A stretch of DNA of 64,000 nt, from NCBI GenBank assembly GCA_963762565.1, contig CAVXLD010000003.1:480001-544000 (forward strand). Reading direction: 5' to 3'. The first letter of the stretch is position 1; each line of letters opens with the position of its first letter. Below are positions 29,874 through 40,930 of the stretch, in pieces. The stretch comes from an uncultured Verrucomicrobiae bacterium. Lineage in GTDB: Bacteria > Verrucomicrobiota > Verrucomicrobiia > Chthoniobacterales > JAFAMB01. Made by a program: the position numbers and the translations under genes. The notes below the pieces were generated by a model. It did no database searches, had not been told where the DNA came from, and saw only the letters and a list, made by a program, of their open reading frames with translations.

Positions 29874-30932
29874 ATGAAAAACTCCGAAAAAATCAGATTG
29901 TATCTGCCTCTCAATCTTAACCTCGCCGCCATCACGTTCGCTCTGTTAATCATTTCTTCCGCTATGACGCCGGTATGGGCGCAGGACCAATCCGGCGGAC
30001 CTTTGGTTACAAGGCTGCCGATGAACAAGGTCATCGCCACCGTGCCCGTTGGCAGTGCTCCCCAGGGAATCGTGGTTACCCCCAATACCAGCTTTGTCTA
30101 CGTTGCCAACGGTGGTTCAATCTCACTTTCCGAAATAGACACTAAGACCAATACCGTTGCGCTTAATGTGCCTTTGAACAACTCGCCAGGCGCTCTAGCG
30201 ATCAAACCAGATGGGAGTACGCTGTACATCGCCAATTACTATGCCTCAAGCGTTTCTGTATTCGATACTGCGAGCAACACCGTTACGCAGGACTTAGCTT
30301 TAAGCGAGGGGCCAAGCTATCTGGCAATGAGCCCGGACGGAACCCAGCTCTATGTCCTCTGCAATTACGAAGAGGGTAATGGGATAATCGCGATTATAGA
30401 TACTCAAACCAATCAGGTTTTGTCGACCACGATCAATGTAGGCGGGTTTCCCCAGTCGCTCGTATTCACAGCGGATGGCAACCACGCCTACGAAGTGAAC
30501 GATCCAGCTACCGCAGTTACTGTGATCGACACAACGACCCAAAGCATATCCGGTACCTTGGCTACTTCCCAGCTCCATGCCGGAGGTCTTGCGCTCCTAC
30601 CCAACGGCGCAAAATTGTTTGTTACCGGTGATAGTACCTACATACAGGTCCTTTTTACGAGTGGAACGGGAAAAAGAAAGATCACACTACCGGAATCCAG
30701 TGGATTTAATACCCCAGCGCTAACCCCAAACGGTCTCTATCTGTATTTACCTATTTTTACTGGTGGCAGCACCACCGTGCTGATGATCGATACTAGGACA
30801 AGTCAAGTTACCGGAAACCCAATTACGGTGGGTCTCCAACCGTATGCCATCGCGATTTCGTCGAATGCCAGACGGGCATACGTTTCTAACTATGCCGATG
30901 GCACAGTCTCGGTGATTAATATTGCTCTCTGA
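29874..30932 (+). CDS. Secreted YVTN/YncE-type beta-propeller protein
   Basis: Signal peptide and repeats such as VIATVPVGSAPQGIVVTP...YVAN and YVSNYADGTVSVI. Confidence 0.88.
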   Translation: MKNSEKIRLYLPLNLNLAAITFALLIISSAMTPVWAQDQSGGPLVTRLPMNKVIATVPVGSAPQGIVVTPNTSFVYVANGGSISLSEIDTKTNTVALNVPLNNSPGALAIKPDGSTLYIANYYASSVSVFDTASNTVTQDLALSEGPSYLAMSPDGTQLYVLCNYEEGNGIIAIIDTQTNQVLSTTINVGGFPQSLVFTADGNHAYEVNDPATAVTVIDTTTQSISGTLATSQLHAGGLALLPNGAKLFVTGDSTYIQVLFTSGTGKRKITLPESSGFNTPALTPNGLYLYLPIFTGGSTTVLMIDTRTSQVTGNPITVGLQPYAIAISSNARRAYVSNYADGTVSVINIAL

Positions 30933-30940
30933 GGCGCTGT

Positions 30941-32428
30941 CTACTTGCCGATCGTTTCCAAATTGATTCCAGCGGTCTCGATCTGGAAAGCCCGGGTGAC
31001 CGCCGCACCCAACAAAGATGTTCCGACCAGGATATAAAGTAGCGTCTGGGTTCCTATATCAGCCAGCAGGATTGGAAACAGGAACGCGGTCATGACAGCG
31101 CCGATCTTGGCAAACGCAGCGGCGAATCCCGCGCCCATCCCGCGCACAGGCGTCGGGAAGACCTCACCAGCTAGCAAGTAGGTCTGCGCGTTCGGACCGA
31201 GATTGGTCATGAAGTTGAACAACATGAAGCCGAGAAAGATCAGCAGAACATGCAGTTCTCCGGTGCAAAAGCCGGAAAACGAGGCCAGCAACAGACCGGC
31301 GGCGCAGCCAGCAAAGCCGATTATCTGCAGCCGGATCCTGCCGACTCGATCGGCGAGCAGGATGGCGCAAATAACGCCCACGATCAGCAAGATGTCGATC
31401 AGGGCCGCGCCTCTCGCGGCCAGGATGTCGTTGTTGATGAGCTCGGCCAGGTTGCGCACATACTTAGTCTTGTGACCGATTGAGGCTGCGAGGATCGCGG
31501 GTGTAAAGATCCCGATTCCATAAGTCCCGAGATCCTGTAAGAACCAAGGCACCGACGCCAGGATCGTCGCGCGCCGGTTGTGCTTGCTGAATAGAGCCCC
31601 GTAGCCGCGGTTTTGCCTATGATCCCCGGTGGCTTGTCTATAACCGCCGCCCAGCGTAACACCGCGGGGGTAAGGAGGGGTGCGCCGCAGCAGCCGAGCT
31701 GTCTGCTGCTTAGCCAACTCGATTTTACCGCGCGCGAGTAGCCAGTGCGCACTTTCGGTAATGGAAAGACGGCCAACGGTGACCACGAGCCCCGGTACGA
31801 TTGCCGTCGCATACATCCAGCGCCAAGCGCCGATCTGAGGGAGGTTCTTTAGGATAACGTAGCCTACTGCCGTGCCGGTTAGCGCACCGAGCGCCTGGAA
31901 TCCGAAGGCAGCCAGCACTAGTCGACCGCGCAGGCTGCTGGGAATACTTTCGGAAATGATCAAGTGCGCGGTCGGGTAGTCGCAGCCGAGAGCAACGCCG
32001 ATACCGAACAGGAAGACAACCAGCCAGAGATAACTGGGGCTCACTACAAGAAGGCACAGGAAGATCATGAAGATGAACATCTCGATAACGAACATCCGCT
32101 TCCGACCAAAATGGTCCGACAAGCTGCCAAGACCGACCGCGCCGACCAGGATGCCAAATAGGCTCGCTGCACCGACGACGCCATGTTGGGCAGGGCTCAT
32201 CCGGAACTCATCAGAAATGAGCGGCATCGCGACACCGGTCATGAAAACGACTAACCCTTCGAAGAATTTCCCGGCGGCCGCTAGTGTCCAGATACGCCAT
32301 TGCATGCCGGTCATTGGCGTCGTCTGCAGCACGGTGCCATCGCGCCATACTGGCGTTTCGTCGATGTACTCTTGGACCGATTTCGGGCCCACCGCCGCCC
32401 CAAGGTCTCCGGGCAACCCACTGTTCAT
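30941..32428 (-). CDS. MFS transporter (sugar porter/PHS-like)
   Basis: About 12 TM segments; LSDHFGRKR, ADRVGR, GEVFPTPVRG motifs. Confidence 0.9.
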   Translation of the reverse strand: MNSGLPGDLGAAVGPKSVQEYIDETPVWRDGTVLQTTPMTGMQWRIWTLAAAGKFFEGLVVFMTGVAMPLISDEFRMSPAQHGVVGAASLFGILVGAVGLGSLSDHFGRKRMFVIEMFIFMIFLCLLVVSPSYLWLVVFLFGIGVALGCDYPTAHLIISESIPSSLRGRLVLAAFGFQALGALTGTAVGYVILKNLPQIGAWRWMYATAIVPGLVVTVGRLSITESAHWLLARGKIELAKQQTARLLRRTPPYPRGVTLGGGYRQATGDHRQNRGYGALFSKHNRRATILASVPWFLQDLGTYGIGIFTPAILAASIGHKTKYVRNLAELINNDILAARGAALIDILLIVGVICAILLADRVGRIRLQIIGFAGCAAGLLLASFSGFCTGELHVLLIFLGFMLFNFMTNLGPNAQTYLLAGEVFPTPVRGMGAGFAAAFAKIGAVMTAFLFPILLADIGTQTLLYILVGTSLLGAAVTRAFQIETAGINLETIGK

Positions 32429-32612
32429 GGTAGTCGGCTCCGTTATTACTGAGGCGCCGCCAACACGTCAATCCTAGATGTGGAAGAGCACTTTCTACGA
32501 TAAGTGGAACAGTACCAATGACTAAAGAACAAGGTCTCCCTCACTTAAAAGCGTGCTCGCTGGAACGCCCAATCCAATTTTCTCTCTCCAATCCTGATGG
32601 TACTGATCTGCG

Positions 32613-33749
32613 ATGTCCAACCAGTTTGAGGTAATTGTAGTAGGTGTCGGTGCCATGGGCGCTTGTACGTGCTTTCATTTGGCGCGTCGCGGCCTTCGCG
32701 TCCTTGGCTTAGAGCAGTTTGGCATTCCGAACACCCTTGGGAGTTCGCATGGCGATACGCGAGCCATCCGTTTAGCATATTACGAGCACCCAGATTACGT
32801 CCCCCTTCTACGTCGTTCATATCATCTTTGGCGAGAAGCTGAATCACTATCTGGTCAGAAGCTTTTGTATATAACAGGCGGTCTGTATCTGGGACAGTCG
32901 GAATCAGATCTTGTAACTGGATCAATAAGATCAGCCGAAACGTTCGATCTGCCGTATGAGAAATTGGATCGTTCGATGGTGGCAGATCGATTTCCGCAAT
33001 TTGAAGTGCCAGAAGAGTACACTGGGATATATGAGCCGGAAGGCGGTCTGCTTCGGCCAGAACTATCGATATCGGTCAACACGGGTTTGGCGATACGTCA
33101 CGGTGCGGAAATCCACGGTTGCGAGAAGGTTCTAGACTGGAAGACTACTGGTTCAGGAGCGACAGTGAAGACAGATCGCGCTATCTATCAAGCAAGGCGG
33201 CTGATCTTTTGTGGTGGTGCCTGGACCGGTAAGCTGATGTTGGACATCGGCGTTAACGTAAAAGTAACCCGACAAATTGTTGGCTGGGTTTGGCCAAGAA
33301 AACCTGAGCAATTTGAGCTTGGACGCTTTCCGATATGGGCGATCGCCCATGAAAATCAGGCTCTGCATTACGGCTTTCCGATGCTCTCTGATAGACCTGG
33401 GGTCAAAGTCGCACATCACTCGCCTGGGATTCTGACAGACCCAGATTTGTGCGTGCGTAGCGCAACCCTTGGTGATGAAAATGACTTTCTGCCCGCGCTT
33501 AAGCGATTTTTGCCGGATGCAAGCGGGCCATTGCTTTCGATGTCTGTCTGTCTCTACGAAAATAGTCCCGACTCACACTTTATTATCGACCGCTATCAGA
33601 ATTCCGACTCTGTGTTCGTCGCTTGCGGTTTCAGCGGCCACGGCTTTAAATTTGCTACAGTAGTGGGAGAAGCCTTAGCGGATCTTGCCGAACATGGGCA
33701 GACTCAACTTCCAATTGGATTCCTAGGTTTGCACCGATTTGGAATTTAG
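32613..33749 (+). CDS. solA: N-methyl-L-tryptophan oxidase / monomeric sarcosine oxidase
   Basis: VVGVGAMG, GSSHGDTRAIR, FAD-attachment Cys in CLYENSPD, GFSGHGFKF. Confidence 0.85.
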   Translation: MSNQFEVIVVGVGAMGACTCFHLARRGLRVLGLEQFGIPNTLGSSHGDTRAIRLAYYEHPDYVPLLRRSYHLWREAESLSGQKLLYITGGLYLGQSESDLVTGSIRSAETFDLPYEKLDRSMVADRFPQFEVPEEYTGIYEPEGGLLRPELSISVNTGLAIRHGAEIHGCEKVLDWKTTGSGATVKTDRAIYQARRLIFCGGAWTGKLMLDIGVNVKVTRQIVGWVWPRKPEQFELGRFPIWAIAHENQALHYGFPMLSDRPGVKVAHHSPGILTDPDLCVRSATLGDENDFLPALKRFLPDASGPLLSMSVCLYENSPDSHFIIDRYQNSDSVFVACGFSGHGFKFATVVGEALADLAEHGQTQLPIGFLGLHRFGI

Positions 33750-33785
33750 TGTCCTGTCCCATAAATAACGTGGCTTTCGTTGCGA

Positions 33786-34295
33786 TCAAAATTTAAATGC
33801 GTCACGCGTTGCTGACATAATTGCTGCCAAACCTTGCCTTAAGCTTTCATCAAGATTTCCCTTGCGAAATTGTGGTGCGAAATCCTCAGCGATGATTTGC
33901 GCGCATAAGGCGTTAGGAAGGGCTCCTTTCTCGAAACCTCGTCCAGTATGAATCCTAATTCTTCCTTCCTTGAGCGATAAAAGCACCAGGACACCGTTGT
34001 CCTTCCCTTGTTGACCAATCTTAGCTGCGTGAAACAGCTTCTGCGCATAATCATCAAAAACCAGATCAGGCGGCCAATCCGGGAAGATTACAACCAGAAT
34101 CTGGTTAGACGTTTCTCGTTCAAAATTAGCCAAAGCGTGGTTCAAGCTGGCCGCTGTGGCCGGTTTCAGTACCTGACTCTAGTCGTTAAAATATTGCGTC
34201 GGCAGATGTATCAAAAGGTCGCTCGGGGTGATCGCCAAACAGGCGGAGCAGAGTGCGACCAGCATCAAGAAGGCACGCGGCACAGCCGTGATCAT
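33786..34295 (-). pseudogene. TPM-domain protein with an in-frame TAG at 34179-34181
   Basis: Signal peptide, then YFND*SQVL...FERETSNQILVV...KIGQQGKDNGVL...IHTGRGFE. Confidence 0.75.
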
Positions 34296-34414
34296 ATATT
34301 TTTGCTGCGGTTCAAACGGTTTACTGACGCTGTGGCCCGGACGCAGAGTCAGCTGAAAGTAGGGTCACGTCTTAACAAGCAACATTTAAGGTGGATTGGT
34401 TGTGACTTGTTAAA

Positions 34415-36041
34415 GGGGCTGTTGCCCAATAGCGCCTAATTAGTATGAGGATTTTGGGTTAGTAATTGGAAGGTTTGGCGAAGGGTTAGCTTGGCAAGAA
34501 GGAGGTTGAAATCGGGTGAAGGAGCCGGGTGAGCCAGCGGAGCAACTGAGTAAGGCGATAGGCTAGCGCAGGGTTGGTTTGGGAGAGATGCCTGAGGAGT
34601 TTTCTCAGGTTCTGTACCGTAGCAATGAGTAAGTCTTGGATAGCTTGCTTCCAAAGTCCACGCCAACGAGAACGCTTGAGCCCATGACGATTGGCGGCGT
34701 CGGCAAAGCTCCTTTCCATGAGATGTTGGCGGCGTTTAAGGTCGGCTTTAGCAGCCTTGGAGTTAGCAATTTTGCGAGCCTTTTCTAACCAGGCTTGATC
34801 CCGATGGCGGTGAATGGTGCGTCCGGTGCGGGAACGAGTGCACAAGGCGCGCAGCTTGCACACTAAACAGGTCCCCTTGGCGGTGACATATTCCCAGGTC
34901 AAGCGCTTGGGGTGTAAGCGCCTGGCTTTCATGATCTGCTTGGCGGGACAGAGATAGGTATTAGTCTGTGCATCGTATCTAAAATGCTCGTCGGAATAAA
35001 TGCCCTCGCTTCGTCCCTTACCTCGGATCGACTCCCCCAGCAGCTTCACATGGGCTTTAATCCCCGCTTTTTGACAGCTAATCAGGTTGCTGACGCTGCC
35101 GTAACGCGCATCAGCAATCACAGTTCGCACTGCTTGATCGGTAGTATCTTCATGAGCTTCAATGAGCCTCAACAGTTGCGAGGCTTCGTCGACCGCACCG
35201 GTGGTGGTCTCTACGGCGGTGATGATCTCATGGGCATCGTCGACTACTCGATGAGTCTTATAGCGTAAGCGGCTCTTTAGGCCGGCGTGTCGAACTAGAG
35301 TCGCATCCGGGTCGGTCGTACTGCGGAACTGGCGATTGGTAGATTTGGAGTATTGGCCAATGGCAGAACCGCCGCTGCCGCTGTCCCCTGATGGCGGATC
35401 TTGGTCTTGGTCGTGTTCATCGAGCTTTTGCACTTGCTCTTTGGCAGTTTGCTCGATGGCATTGAGCGTCTCCGCAGACAGGGGCTTAACTGAACCCAGA
35501 TTGGCATCGGCCTCCACTAGGCTCGCATCCACGTGGATCTTACGGCCTTCTACCAGACCAGCCTCCACGCACTGCTGCACTACCCGGCTAAATAGCGAGA
35601 CAAACACTTCTTTACCCCAGCGCTTGCGCGCCTTGCTCAACACACTGTGGTCGGGAATCTGATCGTCTAGCCCATAGCCAAGAAACCAAAGGTAATCCAG
35701 CCGTTCAGGGATGATGCGCATCAGCTCCCGCTCGCTCTTGATATCATCCAAGAATAACAACAACATCATCCGGACAATCACTTCGGGCGGAACCGACTTG
35801 TTGCCTCTTCGCCCATAAGTGTGCGCTACCTCCTTACGCACAAAACTCAAATCTAACGCCGCCCTGATCCGCCGCAGTGGATGATCGTTAAATAAAAATC
35901 CCGCACCCGCTTATCTAAATTGACCCGATAGCTCCAGATCGGAACCTGCGAGTCTTCTTCGTCCATCATGGGAACAATACACTATCAAATCTGTAACCAG
36001 CAAAGCAATACTATAATGGTTATTAATTGGGCAACACGCCC
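34415..36041 (-). mobile_element. IS1182-family insertion sequence, copy 2, with a ~42-bp flanking direct repeat
   Basis: Same IRs and nearly the same sequence as copy 1; TTAACAAGC...GACTTGTTAA at 34372-34413 and 36042-36083. Confidence 0.9.
34486..35969 (-). pseudogene. IS1182 transposase frameshifted by an 11-bp insertion at 35889-35899
   Basis: TAAATAAAAAT is present here and absent from copy 1; also a 3-bp in-frame insertion near 35341. Confidence 0.85.
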
Positions 36042-36134
36042 TTAACAAGCAACATTTAAGGTGGATTGGTTGTGACTTGTTAAGATATGACCCTGACATG
36101 CCTCCCCAATTCGGCCAGCATTCCATTGCGTCAA

Positions 36135-36410
36135 TCACCACTTCCCATAGTTAGTAACTGTACCAGCGTAGTCTTTGAGATAAAGATGGTCGTCGATGCA
36201 CTGCGCTTCAAACAGAGTTTTGCCGTGGTTATCGACCAGGGTTAAGTGGGGGGTCCGCACTTCGGCAGCGGTGACGATGGACGCTGAGTGATTCGTGGCT
36301 GCGATGGAGGCGAAGCCAACAATTGCGCAAAGCGCGACGATCAAAATGCGATTGTGCCGTTCAAGACGGTGAAGCCGGGCTCGGATTTCTACTAAGGTAT
36401 CGTTGTTCAC
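36135..36410 (-). CDS. Hypothetical single-TM protein
   Basis: Coiled-coil RARLHRLERHNR followed by a hydrophobic helix. Confidence 0.55.
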   Translation of the reverse strand: MNNDTLVEIRARLHRLERHNRILIVALCAIVGFASIAATNHSASIVTAAEVRTPHLTLVDNHGKTLFEAQCIDDHLYLKDYAGTVTNYGKW

Positions 36411-36563
36411 TGAGCGAGTTTAGCTAGAGCTTGGAACACATGGAATGGCAATTTGAGCGGTCGCCTGAAAGTGACGACGGCGGCTTAGGCGGACGCGCTC
36501 TTAAAGCATTTCGGTTGTAGCATTTCCAGGCTCGACGCAATACACTGCGCGGATTTAGCGGCA

Positions 36564-38127
36564 ATGCACCACATCAATAAGACCAAACAGACTGCAGCGA
36601 GCGGCGCCTGGCTCACCACTGATCTCGCGAATAAAGAGGACGAGGGATCCCTCCGTGGCGGCCGCGGACTGCAGCCGAAAACCAACCCTAAAACGTCGAG
36701 GATTCTTGGTTCGGCTTGTGTGCTCGTCGCGACAGTCGTCTTTGCGATCTTTATCACGGGCTGTGCCGCTTATGGTCCTTATCACGCGAATACATCGGGT
36801 GAACCTTTCAACTCGGTAAGAGGACCTAAAGACGGTCGCTACAAACTGGCAATAATCGAATTCGGGGATCAAGGCTCGATGTTGGATCCATCGCAATTAG
36901 CGGCTGCTCTCCAAGTCATCGATAAAGCGGACCGTCCACTGCTCTTCGTTTACATCCACGGCTGGCAAAACAACGCCGTTTCCAGGGATGTTTGCCGGTT
37001 CGAACATTTTATCGATACCGTATCGGGTTTTCCCGAGATGACAGGCCGAAAGATTAACGTGATCGGCGTCTATATCGCATGGCGGGGCAAAGACGTGACT
37101 GTGCCCGGGTTGAATTTACTCACGTTCTGGAGCCGCAAAGCTACCGGTCAAACCGTAGCCTCGCAAAACAGCTGTTTAGCCGCCATCAGCGAGATCGCCT
37201 TAACTGCTCGCTCGCCAGCTAAGAAATATCATCATTGTGTGCTGCTAGGTCATTCTTTTGGCGGACTGGTACTAGGGAATACAATTTCCCACTCCATTCT
37301 CGATGCGAGCAGCAACGGCGTCCGCAATTCCAGCCCATGGGACAATGGCGGTGATATTCAATTCAGCGGATAGTTCTATTGGGGCTCGGCAATTGATGTC
37401 GGAACTGAATTACCTTTATAAATATGACGAAAAACGGCATGCCTATGTAGCTCGAACATCTCTAGAAAGCGGTACGGTTATAGAGGAAAACCATCCCTTC
37501 CTGACCATCTTGCAATCAGAAAACGATGAGGCGACCGGCGCCTACTTCCCCGTCGGTACGACGCTTTACAACACCCTCAATCTTAGGTTTCATTGGGATA
37601 AGGTATCAGTGCCCGGCCGGCACGGAACCAAAGTATCTGAAGAGGTGTTCGACACTCGGACGCCCGGCAACAACCCATACCTAGTCAATTTCCACGTTGT
37701 GCCTCTTGGAGAAACGACTGCGCCAAGCGATCTAAGGGCAAAGGAGAATAGGGCGTTCGAAGCCAATATCAGGGAAAACATCAAAGACAGAATCTTTTAC
37801 ACCAGCGAGCGTAACGACGGCCACGAAGACCGTTTCTGCCGGAACGGTGACTATAATCCGGACGAGGAGAGGCCATCTACCGGCAAAGAAATTTGGCGAC
37901 GCTGGCAATTCGTTTATTCGGGTAATGCCCGTCAACCCTTCTGGATTGTCAGGGTGCCAAAGGATATCATTTGGGGTCACCGCGGACTTTGGAGTGACAA
38001 CTCCGTAGCCATGTTGGCAGCCCTTTTCCGCATGCAGTTCCCGCTAACAGAAGGACGAGTTGTGCTACCTCCGCAGCGCGCCACGGTTCCAGGGTCTTCG
38101 GACCGGCAAGAGATGAACCAGGATTAG
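36564..38127 (+). pseudogene. Alpha/beta-hydrolase-fold lipoprotein split by a +1 frameshift at ~37344
   Basis: Lipobox ITGC, YIHGW, GHSFGG; removing one A from GACAATGGCG joins ORFs 36564-37373 and 37303-38127 (PWDMAVIFN). Confidence 0.75.
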
Positions 38128-38145
38128 CGGCAGAGAGGAAAACCT

Positions 38146-39219
38146 ATGTCCCATCATTTCGATACCAAACTTTCGAAAGAGGATCCAAGCCTGAACGTGT
38201 GTGATTTCTATCTGTTTCAGGGCGCTCCCGACACAACGGTGATGGCGATGACCGTCAATCCTGATGTTATCCTCTCTGGACCGGATACCCTTCACATTGA
38301 GGGTTTGTATGCCTTCCGCCTGGACCTGACTGGTGACGCTCGCGAAGACGTTGTCTTCAAGTTCAGGTTCAACGAACCGAGACATGTGAATGGGGACGAG
38401 CATGTCCATGTTCAGAAGTTTCAGGTTCGTAGAGCCACTGGCGAGGCTATTGGCGGGGAGAAGGGCGACCTTCTGATAGAAGGGGACACGGGCAAAGTCC
38501 ATAGCCAGTCCGGTGTTCGCGCCTTCGTCGGAATCGCTCCCGATCTGTTCGCTGCTGCCGCTGTCGCAACGCGTGATCTTCAGAATGCCTTTTACAACGA
38601 ACACAGGTTTGACGGCGATGCGTTCCTGCGCCATCGCCAGAACTTCTTCTACCATCGCAATATCACTGCGATTGTTCTCGAAGTCCCAAACCAACTGATC
38701 GGCAAGGGAACGGTCCACGCCTGGGCCACCGTGTCACTTTACGGCCATGCTCCCGAGGTGCAGGTGTCACGCTGGGGCCTGCCGATGGTCACGCACCTCT
38801 TTCTCAACGATCCCGGCAACCAAGAGGTGAAAGAGACCTTCAACAAATCGGCGCCATCAGATGACATCGCTTTATTCTCGGGATACATCGCAGACTATAC
38901 CCAGAAGATGACTACCTACGCCGGATCTGTCACGAACCCGGAAGAATACGGAAAGGAAGTGGTCGCTCGACTATGCCCGAACACCTTGCCCTATGAATTA
39001 GGAACGGTAGCTGCATTTAATGTCGCGGGATTCAATGGGAGGCCACTGGGTGATGATGTTATGGATGTGATGCTTACATTGGCGACAAACAGGGAGCTCC
39101 AGCACGGCGCGGCCCCTGATCGCAATCGGATCCGGAGCGAGTTCCCATATTTTGGTGAGCCCTATTCGAAGGAAGAACAGAAGGATGTCGTACCATGGCA
39201 TCCACGTCGTAGTCATTGA
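38146..39219 (+). CDS. DUF4331-family protein
   Basis: MSHHFD...NVCDFYLF, NITAIVLEVP, QVSRWGLP, NGRPLGDDVMD, FPY. Confidence 0.8.
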   Translation: MSHHFDTKLSKEDPSLNVCDFYLFQGAPDTTVMAMTVNPDVILSGPDTLHIEGLYAFRLDLTGDAREDVVFKFRFNEPRHVNGDEHVHVQKFQVRRATGEAIGGEKGDLLIEGDTGKVHSQSGVRAFVGIAPDLFAAAAVATRDLQNAFYNEHRFDGDAFLRHRQNFFYHRNITAIVLEVPNQLIGKGTVHAWATVSLYGHAPEVQVSRWGLPMVTHLFLNDPGNQEVKETFNKSAPSDDIALFSGYIADYTQKMTTYAGSVTNPEEYGKEVVARLCPNTLPYELGTVAAFNVAGFNGRPLGDDVMDVMLTLATNRELQHGAAPDRNRIRSEFPYFGEPYSKEEQKDVVPWHPRRSH

Positions 39220-39291
39220 GATTCCGGAAGCAAAGCTAAAGGCTACAAGGTCTCGTGATTGGGGACACCTCACGAGGGGTTGTTGCCCAAA

Positions 39292-39735
39292 TCACGCCAA
39301 TCTGTCGCTGACGTTGATCTCGTGGCAGATGACAGCGCTGTTTGTCCATTGAACTCCTGCTCGCGCCCGAAGCGTCTCGATCACGCGCACGAGGTCGGAC
39401 TGATCCCGGCACGCGACTCGAACGCGAAAGTCGAAATCGCCCGTCACAATCGCGGCGCTCACGATCCCAGGAATCTTCGCCACCTCAGTCTCAAAATTCT
39501 GCGCGCTCCTCCCAGGCTGGAGTCTCACATCGATGTACGCCTCCACAGCATAACCTAAGTGCGGCCAGTTCACCACCGCACCAAAGCCGCCTATCACCCC
39601 GCTCGACTGCATTCGGCGAACGCGTTCCGCCGTAGCATTCGGACTTAGGTGGATGCGTTCGCCTAGATCGCGGAAGCTAATCCGCCCGTCGCTAACCAGG
39701 CTTCGGATGATCTTGCGGTCAATTTCATCGATCAC
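39292..39735 (-). CDS. Lrp/AsnC family transcriptional regulator
   Basis: IDEIDRKII..L..DGRISF..LG..I.LS...ERVRRM...GVI; VTGDFDF. Confidence 0.92.
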   Translation of the reverse strand: MIDEIDRKIIRSLVSDGRISFRDLGERIHLSPNATAERVRRMQSSGVIGGFGAVVNWPHLGYAVEAYIDVRLQPGRSAQNFETEVAKIPGIVSAAIVTGDFDFRVRVACRDQSDLVRVIETLRARAGVQWTNSAVICHEINVSDRLA

Positions 39736-39902
39736 CGAAGTTTCCTCCGTCCAAAGTGCTCACCAGTCTTCGAGACCGCGCGAACCACTGTTCTTTAGTA
39801 GAATGAATAATAATAGTCTGCATTCTGTATCCATTCAGTATAATAGATTCAAAAATACTCTGTCTACAGATTTAAACACTGGGTGGAGGAGAGTGAGATC
39901 CA

Positions 39903-40817
39903 TTGCCTAAGAAAGTTCCAATAGCAATCCTGGCAGCCACGATCGCGTGTTCGTCCCAGCTGCAGGCTCAGGTGCGCGTCGGCCCGCAGGTTCCCGAGCC
40001 GGCAAGCATCAAGGTGCCCGCGGATGGCGTTACGGTCCCGATGCAGGACATGGGAGGAAGGCCGGTAGTCGAACTGAGAATCAACGGAAAGGGGCCGTTT
40101 CCCTTTATCCTCGACACGGGCGCAACAATGACGGTGATCAGTGAGGAATTGAGCCGCCAGTTGTCATTGTCGGCACCAGGGGACATGCACGTGGTCGCAA
40201 GGGGCGCTGGAACGCCGCCGCGGATCGTCGCTATTCACGAAGTTCGCATCGGCAACGCGGTGCTGGAAGATGTGATTGCGGGCATGATGCCTTCGGGTGC
40301 ATTTTCCGTAGGCGGAGACGCTCCCCGCGGCGTTTTGACCGCTGCAAGCTTTCCCGGCTATTTGCTTACCTACGACTATCGCGGCAAACGAATCTCAATC
40401 AAGAAGGGATCGCTCGCGGGAGCCGATTCGAAGAGCATTTTTCAATACAGCGAAGACCACCTTTTGCCCACCGTTCCGATTCGGGTTGCCGGCCATGACA
40501 CGCAAGTCGACTTGGACACAGGCTCTCCCTATGGACTGACGCTTCCAGTGAAGTTCCTTACGGAGCTGCCCCTGGCGACGGAGCCGAAGGAATCCGGCAA
40601 AGTGCGCACGGGCGGCGGGGGCGAGTTCCCGGTTTCGATTGCGCGCGTGCACGGGGTGATCGAAGTGGGCAAGTATAAGCTTGACGCTGGAGAGGTGAGC
40701 TTCAGCGATGCACGCCCTGGTCCTGGCCCTTCCACGGGTAATATCGGATACGAAGTATTGCGTCATTTCGTGGTGACTATCGATTCGAAAAACCGGCGTA
40801 TCGAGCTGGACCAGTAG
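39903..40817 (+). CDS. Secreted aspartyl protease with two retropepsin-like domains
   Basis: Signal peptide; FILDTGA and VDLDTGS; C-terminal GNIGYEVLRHFVVTID. Confidence 0.85.
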   Translation: MPKKVPIAILAATIACSSQLQAQVRVGPQVPEPASIKVPADGVTVPMQDMGGRPVVELRINGKGPFPFILDTGATMTVISEELSRQLSLSAPGDMHVVARGAGTPPRIVAIHEVRIGNAVLEDVIAGMMPSGAFSVGGDAPRGVLTAASFPGYLLTYDYRGKRISIKKGSLAGADSKSIFQYSEDHLLPTVPIRVAGHDTQVDLDTGSPYGLTLPVKFLTELPLATEPKESGKVRTGGGGEFPVSIARVHGVIEVGKYKLDAGEVSFSDARPGPGPSTGNIGYEVLRHFVVTIDSKNRRIELDQ

Positions 40818-40930
40818 CCTCCGGAATCACACGTGCCTGATCGAACCTCTTGGTCGGAACGTCTTTGCAGGGAGAGAGAATCTTCTATTAACCTACAGGG
40901 TCACGTCTTAACGGTCCGTTGCCGTAATGG

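Noticed and set aside
33512..33521. GCCGGATGCA as a distal att site of the tRNA island
   Set aside because: A 10-nt match inside the intact solA coding sequence; compatible with chance.
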